A stretch of 62,153 nucleotides of DNA, filler included. It is 13 parts of 13 records of this genome, joined end to end, with 100 filler letters (N's around TTAATTAATTAA, not from the genome) between each part and the next. Parts side by side here need not be neighbours in the genome. Positions count along the whole stretch, not along the records: positions 53,539 to 57,557 come from SRR7504441_15507; positions 57,658 to 62,153 come from SRR7504441_15512; 11 more parts are not named here. One strand, 5' to 3'. Below the pieces are notes generated by a model that was not told the origin of the DNA, did not search any database, and was given only the letters and a program-made list of their open reading frames with translations. A program made the position numbers and the translations under genes. Positions 53,666 to 62,153 of the stretch are shown piece by piece. The number at the start of each line of letters is the position of its first letter. Within the stretch, counting starts at the first letter, position 1.

Positions 53666-54817
53666 ATGGTGCGAGGAGGCGGGAAGGACAGCTGGGTGCT
53701 TCACCTGCTCGCCCTGCTGTTGCACCTGCCGAACAGCTGCTCCTCCGCCGTCACGATTATCTGCCACTACCCCGACGCCATGATCCAGACCCTGGGCGGC
53801 CACTTCCTCAGCTTGCGCGGAGTCGGCTGCCCGGGCTGGTCCTGGCAAGACGGCAAGCCACTCACCCGGACTAGACCAGACACGCATGAGCTGACCGCGT
53901 GCGGTGGCCCGGGCGAGTTCAAACTGATGATCGACGACCAGCTCTGGATGCGCGGGTCCAACGCCCGGCTGACTTCCCGCGCGGCCGCCCTCCACGTCTA
54001 CCCGTGGTTCAACCGTTCAGCCGGGCAGATCCAGGTGATCAGCACCGGCGGGTTCAACGGACAGGCCACCCGGGAAGTGGCTGTGTACCTGCCGGCGGGC
54101 TACCTTGAGAACACGCTCAAGCCGTTCCCGGCGCCGGTGCTGGTGGCGCACGACGGCCAGAACCTGTTTGACGGCAACCAATGCCCTGAGTGCTGCTCAT
54201 TCGGGTGCTGGGGACTGGACGGGGTACTCGACGGGCTTCAAACTGAGCGCGCGGTGCTGGGCATCTATAATAGTGGAGCTGACAGGATGGACGAGTATAC
54301 GTACAGTGCTGACCCGCAGTTCCCTGGCGAGGGTGGGCACCTGGACTCGTACCTTGACTACATCGAGTCGTCCGTGCTCCCGGATGTGGCCAAGCAGCTG
54401 CCTCGCCTGACAGGGGCACTGCCCACCGCGAGGCCGTGGCCGATGCTCGGGAGCTCGCTGGGCGGGCTCGCCTCTTGCTACGCCGGCTGGACTCGGAGCG
54501 CGAGCTGGGGCCCGGCCGTATGCATGTCTTCGTCGTTTTGGTGGAACTCACGCGACTTCCTCGGACGCCGTGTGCTGATGAATCGCACTGTGCACCCGTC
54601 CAGCAGCCAGAGGCTTTGGGTGGATTGGGGCGACGCGGAGTCGTCGGACCAGCAAGGGAGCAACCAGGCGGTGGTGGCCGAGCTCGAGAGCCAGGGATGG
54701 ACGGTGGAGAGTGGCCGGCTGGGCACGTACGTGCAGCCCGGGGGAAGGCACAATGAGGCATCGTGGGGCGCAAGAGTGTCTAGACCGCTAGAGTGGTTGC
54801 AGAGTAAAGTGCTTTAG
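53666..54817 (+). CDS. Secreted alpha/beta-hydrolase 'putative esterase' (CE1/Fes-like) with N-terminal carbohydrate-binding-like beta domain; intronless
   Basis: REVAVYLPAGYLEN, VLVAHDGQNLFD, DRMDEYTY, GSSLGGL (nucleophile elbow), MSSSFWW, LWVDWG, HNEASWGARV. Confidence 0.85.
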   Translation: MVRGGGKDSWVLHLLALLLHLPNSCSSAVTIICHYPDAMIQTLGGHFLSLRGVGCPGWSWQDGKPLTRTRPDTHELTACGGPGEFKLMIDDQLWMRGSNARLTSRAAALHVYPWFNRSAGQIQVISTGGFNGQATREVAVYLPAGYLENTLKPFPAPVLVAHDGQNLFDGNQCPECCSFGCWGLDGVLDGLQTERAVLGIYNSGADRMDEYTYSADPQFPGEGGHLDSYLDYIESSVLPDVAKQLPRLTGALPTARPWPMLGSSLGGLASCYAGWTRSASWGPAVCMSSSFWWNSRDFLGRRVLMNRTVHPSSSQRLWVDWGDAESSDQQGSNQAVVAELESQGWTVESGRLGTYVQPGGRHNEASWGARVSRPLEWLQSKVL

Positions 54818-54862
54818 TCAGGCGAACTCGCATAGTCTTGTTATCAGCTTATCGCGGCGGGG

Positions 54863-56160
54863 ATGCAGCCAGTGGCGATCCACCCGGACGATATGATGGT
54901 CGAATCGGTCCAGCGGTGCCACCCTGCGCTGCTCAGGCCACCAGAACGAGGCATTACAGTAAAGGTAGTGGTGGGCACGGACTCGCACGTTGCGGCCCAG
55001 ACTGCGCTGGCAGCCATTCTGTCGCGGGGAGAGGCCTCAGATGGCTCCGGGCTCACAGCGTTGCTCCAAGCCGGTATCAAAGCGCGCGAAGTCACACTCG
55101 GTCGCGAACTGAGTGTGCGAGTGGGTAAGGCAACACTCGAAGTCGCCCCCACCCGATCTGGTGCCGCCACTGCCGAGCTTCCTCCAAAGCCTGCGCCACC
55201 TGCACGGTCAGAAGCCGAGATTAGAGCCGAGAGGCAACGAGAAATGGCTGGGAAGAAGGCTCAGCGGTCGCTAATGCTGGCACTTTCTGACCAGGACTTT
55301 GCACAAAAGTACAAGGCTAATACCAAGGGGAAGGAGTTCAAGTCAAGGTCGTCTGGAGTCCCGATGGCAATCCGGACCTTACGTAATGTCACATTCTTAG
55401 TTTCACCCCGTTTCGTCGATCCAGAGGACGACCCCTCGACGATCCTGCTCAAGAAGCTCGCCTGCGAGACGGGTTTCGGGTTCAATGAGCTTGTTGCTGC
55501 TCAAATTCGGTTTCAGCAGCTGTCTCACAACACGGTTTTGTTAAGTTCTGCATATTTTCTGACTCGGTGTGTCTGCTTCCCAGGGCTTTATTGACTATTC
55601 CAAGTTCACCCGAATCCTCGCAAAGCAGAAGATTGTCAAGAATGGCGAGGTCACTGATGTGCTGTTTGCTGAATTTGGGCAAGACCGTGGAAGGCTAGAC
55701 GGGCCAATGGATTGTGAGGGGCTGCTCAGGGCACTTGGAGTGCTGCAAGGGGGTGATGCGACAAAGAAGCTGCATGCTACTGCGCTGGTCCGGTGACGCC
55801 ATGCTTGCAAGATGGGCTGTGTGACCAAGGGCTGTAGGCACATAGCGCCGGATAGCCGAGAAAAGGTCACCTTAATGGAGCTGTACAAGTACTTTGTGGG
55901 CTCTGGCCACGACGTCCAGCGCATATTCAATGAAATTGCTGGTACTGATGGCAGTGACGATTGTCCAAACGGGCTAGGTAAGCAGGCAGTGGCAGTGCTG
56001 AGCTCATTGCATTGTGGCAGACAAAGCGAGTATGATATCCTACTTAGCGCAATCGAAATTCCTGTGGAAGCAATTTGCTAGCTTGAGCCCATTCTTGCCC
56101 TTTCACGGCACCATCGATCTCGAAAAGGTAGGCAACAAGTTCAAAGAGTATGTGACATAG
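54863..56160 (+). CDS. Protein with C-terminal calcineurin-B/NCS-like degenerate EF-hand region; 3 introns
   Basis: KLACETGFGFNELVAAQIRFQQL..|GFIDYSKF...LFAEF...MDCEGLLRALGVLQGGDATKKL...VTLMELYKYF; TAG at 56158-56160. Confidence 0.6.
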
Positions 56161-56374
56161 ATGGCCATCCACTGCCATACTCTTGAAGTGAATGGCAGAG
56201 GATGGCCATCTATAGGCCATCTATGTATTAAAATTTTAATCAATTTTTGATCGCGTGACGTGTCATCTAGCGCTGAGCATGCTAACACGCGTAGTAGTAT
56301 GGCCGCCTCGATATCGCAGCTGGACATCTGCCTCACTCACTGCACAGCGCATGTGACAGTGCTGATAATTCACT

Positions 56375-57358
56375 CTAACGGTTCTCAAACAGGAGTTTGC
56401 TCACGCGCTCTGCACCCCGCCAGTTAGCACCGGCAGCCGCAGCGCCCGCACCGTAGGTCATGAAGGTGATGGCCTGGCCTGGCATGATCCGCATCAGTCG
56501 GGGTAAGATCCCCTTCCACAGCGCGAGCACCCCCTCCTCTTTGATGATAGTAGGCAGCGCACTTGCTATTGACGGGTACTTTGGAATCTCGCCAGGCGCA
56601 GTCTTCTGTCTCTGCATCCGGGTTTTGACTACATCGAGTGGGTTGTTGAACAGCGGCCCCACCCCACCGGACAGCCCGCCCATCAGCAGGTGCTGCCAGG
56701 GCTGCAGCTCTGACTGCTGGCTGTATGCCAGCCAGTTCCGCTTCATCGACTGATACACGGTGAAGTTAATCGCCTGATTGGAGGCCTGTCGGACCACCGT
56801 CGGCCCGGCGCCCTTCCACAGCGCCTGCGGGCCCTCCTCGCGCACCACCACCATCGCAGTCTGCAGCACGTTCCGGTACTTGGCCTGTGTAAGCGCCTGC
56901 GGGTCCATCATCGAGTGGTACTGCGACTGTATCCGGATCTTGCAGACCTCGGCCGGGGTGACCACCATCAGCGCCTCGGTGGTCCCGGCCATCATCCCGG
57001 CGCACAGGGTGCGGAGCGTCCCGACGTTGCCCTCCGAGTCGGCCAGCATTAGCTTGTACTGCTCGAATGACGAGAACCGTATGGCCATCTTGGGCACAAT
57101 CCCGGCCTGGACCGCGGTCAGGCCCTTGTACAGCGAGCTCACCCCGCCCTGCTTGACCATCCGCATCCCGGTGGCCAGCGGGCCGCTGGTGGAGGCGCCC
57201 GCGCCCCGGTTCTGCATCCTGGTCTTGATCGTGTCCAGCGGGTGGCAGCAGGAGGACTCGACCAGCCCGGCGGCCCCGCCGGCCACCAGGTGCTTGAGCA
57301 ACGTCTTCCGCGGCTTCGGCGCCTCCCGCTTGCCTGGCTCGGCCGCCGCTGCCGCCAT
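56375..57358 (-). CDS. SFC1: Mitochondrial carrier, succinate-fumarate transporter SFC1-like
   Basis: Three PxDxxK(T/I)R-type repeats; GIVPKMAIRF, QYHSMMDP...KYRN, RQASNQAINFTVY, PRLMRIMPGQAITF. In-frame 42-nt intron in TY|ERVSK. Confidence 0.88.
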   Translation of the reverse strand: MAAAAAEPGKREAPKPRKTLLKHLVAGGAAGLVESSCCHPLDTIKTRMQNRGAGASTSGPLATGMRMVKQGGVSSLYKGLTAVQAGIVPKMAIRFSSFEQYKLMLADSEGNVGTLRTLCAGMMAGTTEALMVVTPAEVCKIRIQSQYHSMMDPQALTQAKYRNVLQTAMVVVREEGPQALWKGAGPTVVRQASNQAINFTVYQSMKRNWLAYSQQSELQPWQHLLMGGLSGGVGPLFNNPLDVVKTRMQRQKTAPGEIPKYPSIASALPTIIKEEGVLALWKGILPRLMRIMPGQAITFMTYGAGAAAAGANWRGAERVSKLLFENR

Positions 57359-57657
57359 ACTGACCGAGGCAGTGTCACGCGTTCAGCAGAGTGAGCAGTC
57401 CGAGCAGACCGAGCAGACCGCTTGATTCGGTTGCTCTAGCCTGACTGCCTGAGTCTTGCAGCAGCGCTAGCTCAGTCGGATCAGCTGTACCAGGTAGCAC
57501 ACCTAATTAATAATATCAAGTTATCTTTATATTCACTCCATAGTTGGTTAGCTATGTNNNNNNNNNNNNNNNNNNNNNNNNNNNNNNNNNNNNNNNNNNN
57601 NTTAATTAATTAANNNNNNNNNNNNNNNNNNNNNNNNNNNNNNNNNNNNNNNNNNNN

Positions 57658-58962
57658 CATCGATCAAGTCTATCGCCTGCCCCCCCCTCCACCCCCCTCC
57701 CTCGGCTATCGCCCGCCTTGTCTGGCAGCTTGCGGTCAGTTAAATAACGATCGGAGAGCGTGGCTGCCGTTACCTGCCTGCGGTTAGCCGTGCAAGCCAC
57801 GCCTAGCCACCAGCGCAGAGTCGTGAATGAACACTCCGTGATGCAGCTGCCAGCCGGCTCGCACGACCCAGCCCCGGCCCGGCGCCTGGTATCGCTCCTT
57901 GAGCCCCCGCAGAATCGATATCGAGTCGGCCACGCTGGGCTCAGCAACCATCACCTGGTCGCCCCTTCAGCCCAGTCGATTGGCTACCAACCGGCTGAAA
58001 CCGGCGAGCCAGCGCGGCGTCCTTCTCTATATAGTTCCGGTATTCCTGTAACGGCAATCAACGGCAGGGCGTCCGTTGGCCGCCTGCGGTGTGGTGGCGC
58101 CCAAGCAATGCAGCTCGCCACGAGAGAGAGCCGGCTTCAACATGTTGGCCGCCTGCCCCACAGTTACCCCCCCCCCACATCTAGACGCACGTCCATCGCC
58201 GAGTCGCCCGAGGCCCCGGCGCCCACCAGCAGGTGGATCTCGTCTATAAATAGAATCACCCGCCCGTCGGCCTCCTCCACGTCATTCAGCAGCTGCTGGA
58301 GCCTTTCTTCAAACTCACCACGGTATTTGGCGCCCGCCACCAGCGCTGCCGCACGCTCAGCCAGGCCACAGCCCGGGCGCGCACAGGCCATGTCCACCGA
58401 GACCAGCTGCGAGTCTTGCAGCGAGCTCGGCACCTCCCCGGCTGCAATCCGGCGCGCTATCCCCTGACCGACCGCTGCCGCCCCCCCCCCGCGGCCGCAC
58501 ACCTCCACGATGGCAGTCTTGCCCACCCCCGGGTCTCCAATCAGCACCTGCCGCCGCTCCCGGGGCACCCGCCGGACCGGCACCGGGTTGTTTTTGGTTC
58601 TGCGCGATAGCACCTGCAGCGCCCGCCTGATCACCCCGTCCCGCCCGATCACTGCCCCCGGCCTCCGCCCCGCAAGCCGCGCGCACACCGGGATCGAGCT
58701 TGCCGCGCCGGGCCTGGGCGGTCATATCGCTCCCGAATTTCTTAAGCGCCTGCCCGCGGCTCGGGGGCGGCGTACCAGCCGGGCCCGCCTCGCCCCCACC
58801 CTTGCCGTCCACCCGGTTGTCTGGATTGACCCACGAGCTGCCGGCCGGGTGAGCGGCAGAGGGCGGCCAGGGGCACCGGCCCTTCTGGTCGGTGCTCAGG
58901 CCCAGGCAGCCCCGCCACCGCCAGCTCGCCTGCCGCACCCTGGTCGTCGCACTCCTCAGCAT
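57658..58962 (-). CDS. clpB: Mitochondrial ClpB/Hsp78 AAA+ disaggregase (5' part; 12 micro-introns)
   Basis: Presequence-like [16 protein letters not shown] with no Clp-N domain; [83 protein letters not shown]. Confidence 0.93.
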
Positions 58963-59484
58963 TGGCGTCAACGGACAACTTCCTTCAATGCCGCATGCAT
59001 GGGAACGCATCAGACTGAATCAGACTACCGCTGGATGCATTCAAAGCGGCCAGGTTCAACCCACACATCAAGCATGGAGGGGAAGGTGGAAGTGTCAGGG
59101 CAGGCACAATCACCATCATTGTCTTCACAGAGAAAAGCAACAGCAGCGAGGCAGAGAAGCTAGCACAATTTGACTCGATTTTCTGAATGCTCGGAGGTGC
59201 CCCCAAGCGCGCCAAGCTTAACAATCGAATTTTTTCCAGTCATATTGGGACACCCCCTCTGATCTAACAGCACTAAAGCCTGTGTCTGTTAGCTTAAATA
59301 AATTCATGCAACTCAACTGAGTCAACTCCAAGAGCTCCAAGAGCTCCAAAATCGATAATTTCCTGCAGTCACAACAAAGTCCCCCGCCCAACTCAAAAGA
59401 GCCACCAACAGCGTTCAAACAAGGAGCGCAACGCCCAGGGCCTTCGACGAAGCCGGCGCCCGCGAGACAGCCTCCAAAGCCAGA

Positions 59485-60891
59485 ATGCCCAAGCCGCCTC
59501 GGCCGCCCGTCGAGTCCCCGGCTCCCCTGCCTACTGGCCAGCCGTCCCCGCCGGCTGGAGGCTCCCCCATGGAGCCACCTGTGGCCCCCTCGCCACGGCG
59601 GAGCCCCCGTGCGCGCCCTGGCGGCCGCGGGGCCGAGCGGCCGGACAGGTTTCCCCTCGACAATAGGGCTCTCGCCCTTCTCGGAGTTTGCTGCGGGGCT
59701 GCCGTCGCTGGGGGGCGCCTGGAGCACGCCGCTCAACGACGGCTTGGTAGCGTCGCCCATCCTGCGGTGCCACCCGAGCCGCGCGGCGCCGGCCGAGCGC
59801 TGCGCCGGCAGGGAGGTGGTTCTCAACCAGGACGATCCATCCCCGCTGCCCCCGGAATACCAGAAGAGGCTCTTCGAGCCACAAGCCGAGCAGCAACCAC
59901 CTCGGTAACCCGCCGCAGAGCGGCCGGAGTGAATCGGCCGGCGCAGGGCGAAGGCCGACCAGCCCCAGGGTAAACACTACGATCCGTTCGCGGACGCCGG
60001 ACCCGGCAGCCAAGAGGTCGACGAGGATGGGGAGGGCAAGGACCAAGGGCAGTCATTCGAAGGAGGCCAGATGCCTCGACAGGGTGGCACTGAGCACAAG
60101 CCATGCTCGTGCAAAAAATCCCGATGCCTCAAAAAGTACTGCGAATGCTTCGCGGCGGGGGTGCGCCCACTTGCACGGCCGCTCGGCTGAGCTCGGGCGC
60201 AGCGGTACTGTGACGGGTGCTACTGCACTGGCTGCTTGAACATGCCCGGCATGAACCCGGAGCACCCAGACGGCAACCACCCGGAGCTGCGCACGCCCGC
60301 TGCCATGCCATCGGTCCGCCCAAGGGTGTGCCAGCTGATCTGTGCGGCCAGCCCGTCGAGCGAGGCGTGTCCCCCGGGATGCTTCCGAAAGGCTGCCACT
60401 GCAAGAAATCCCGTTGCCAGAAGAAGTACTGCGAATGCTACCAGGTGCCCTGCAGGCTCGGCACCGCCTGACGGCCCGGCAGATGAACATGCTATGCACG
60501 TCCAAGTGCGAGTGCCGCGATTGCCAGAACTCCTCATGGGACCAGCGGTCGCCTTCAGGTGCACGCCTCTCTTTCACTGGCGCTGACGTCCATCGACAGC
60601 GCGCGAGCGGGGTATGCAGCCCAGGAAACGGCCGCGTGGTCGGGACGAGTCATTCACCTCGGAGCTGGACAGCTCGATCCAGTCCGAGCTCGAGCTCACG
60701 TTTTGTGGACCTCTGGGCGAAGCGCTGCCGATGGACACGCCTATCGCTCGACAGTCACGACCTCCACAGTTATTCCGACCGCCGCTGCCGCCGCAGGACC
60801 CTAGCCGCGTCGACAAGGGTGGTCCGCTGCAGGTGACTGGGCATCCGGCGCTGGGCTGATTGTGGGCCAGGATATCTCTCAGAGAGCATAG
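59485..60891 (+). CDS. Tesmin/TSO1/LIN54-like CXC (CRC) domain transcription factor; about 8 introns
   Basis: [34 protein letters not shown] and [38 protein letters not shown] at 60889-60891. Confidence 0.88.
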
Positions 60892-61041
60892 CCGAGAGAT
60901 TGGTTTCAACTCGAGAATGGATCTCGGATATTTATTTATTTAATTTAACTCATGTATTTACGGTCACATCTTGGCTCTAGACAACCCGCTTTGTGTGTGT
61001 AGCGGATATTTATGCAATAAACACTCCAATTTCGTAGCATG

Positions 61042-61081
61042 GTCCAATAAAATTAATAAGTCCAATAAAATTAATAAGTCC
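61042..61081. repeat. Tandem 18-bp duplication containing AATAAA, between convergent genes
   Basis: GTCCAATAAAATTAATAA x2 followed by GTCC. Confidence 0.9.
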
Positions 61082-61191
61082 TTGGAATATCGAATACTCG
61101 TATTAAATTACACATTGAGGCCGTACAAGCGTACAAGCCGGTCCTATCTCATGGAGAATCACCAGTCCCATCTCCTTAAACCTTCAGTTTT

Positions 61192-62153
61192 TTAGCAATC
61201 GCTGGTGATCGGCTGCCTCGGCTTTGGCAGCGTCTTGGCCTTGCGTGGCATGTTGCTCTCGGGGAATGCATGAGTCCCCAGCGGCTTCTGCTTGGGCGCC
61301 GGCTGGCAGTTCGGGTCGACCGGTTGCAGCACTCCGACCGGTGGCAGCACACAGCTGCCTGCCTGAATCGTTCTCCTCCTAGGCTCGGCTGCACCGATTT
61401 GGTCATGAGGCCGATTCGATAAGGTCGCACCGTGGCTGTCCAGCCTCAGATCCGCGGCCAATTGATCAAGCGAGTGCGCCGCCGATGGGCAGCCTGCCGA
61501 GATGGCCAGCATGGCCTGCGCTGCCGCGTCCACCACGCCCGCCGCAGTGTGTCCCAGGAGCTCTACCAGAGCGTCGATAGCCCCGACCGCCTGCCCCGCC
61601 CTCAAGGCATGCAGCCCGCCAGGCGCACCGCCGCGTGGGTCGGGACTGCACCGAGTGCTGTGGCCGCCGCGGCCAGCACCTCCGGTCGGACGGAGGCATC
61701 GGTGATGATCTGCACCAGCAGGGGGGCAGCCACCAGCCCAGAGCTCGGCCCAGCTTCCAGCAGCATCTCGACCAGCCCAAGCGCCGGCACGGCCGACGGC
61801 CCGGCGTGCAGCCAGCCGGCGGCGCGGACGAGCACCTCTGGGGCGGGGCTCGAGGCAGCGTAGTGGAAGCACTGCGGATCTTCTAAGCTGTTCCTGACAG
61901 CTGCCACGAGGTTCTCGAAGACTAGTTCAGCCTGCTCTGGATCGGCCAGCACGAGCAGCGCCCGAAGTCCGTCCACCAGCCCGGCCACCAGCGGGCCCGG
62001 CCCCACCGCCCGCACCACCGCTCCGAGCAGCATGTGCGCGCCGGAGGTCACGTTGGTCAGCACAGCCGCAGCAGCAGCCTGCAGAGCCGGCTCGGCGCCA
62101 ACTGCCAGCAGCGGGAGCACTGCGGTCACGATCCGCCCGAGCAGCAGCCCGGC
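61192..62153 (-). CDS. ARM/HEAT-repeat helical protein (3' part)
   Basis: LQAAAAAVLTNVT...VLAAAATALGAV|..AGAIDALVELLGHTAAGVVDAAAQAMLAIS are armadillo-like helices; stop at 61192. Confidence 0.6.

Noticed and set aside
57658-58962. Apparent frameshifts or pseudogenisation in ClpB, POLD3, the nitronate monooxygenase and the CXC gene
   Set aside because: The breaks are repaired by 36-50-nt GT/GC-AG introns that restore conserved motifs.

Overview
This is eukaryotic (protist-type) nuclear DNA, not prokaryotic. Thirteen short contigs are concatenated with artificial 100-nt N/TTAATTAATTAA spacers, so adjacency across spacers means nothing. The genome is GC-rich and very gene-dense, uses the standard code, and has many tiny (mostly 36-50 nt) spliceosomal introns that break up the supplied ORF track. 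I reassembled about 30 genes by hand. They include a bestrophin with EF-hands, a Zn-knuckle TatD-like protein, POLD3, an OTU protease, a giant DDT/PHD/YEATS chromatin reader, a membrane HisKA-like/receiver protein, a DD3-3-like protein, a GH54 arabinofuranosidase, ZNRD2/SSSCA1, a pectin acetylesterase, a JmjC protein, a TTLL glutamylase, a nitronate monooxygenase, a full-size ABCG/PDR transporter, an SFC1-like carrier, a mitochondrial ClpB/Hsp78 and a tesmin/LIN54-like CXC protein. Most notable: (1) a signal-peptide JmjC oxygenase whose Fe-binding HxD is HxA, the hallmark of Fe/2OG halogenases; (2) frequent GC-AG micro-introns with no intronic donor consensus; (3) a BPTF-like reader ending in YEATS instead of a bromodomain and carrying a homing-endonuclease-type (NUMOD/IENR1-like) module; (4) a histidine-kinase-like receptor with no ATPase domain; (5) an EF-hand-fused bestrophin; (6) intergenic DNA built from micro-duplications and palindromes. 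Family calls rest on motif recognition from memory; no database searches were run.
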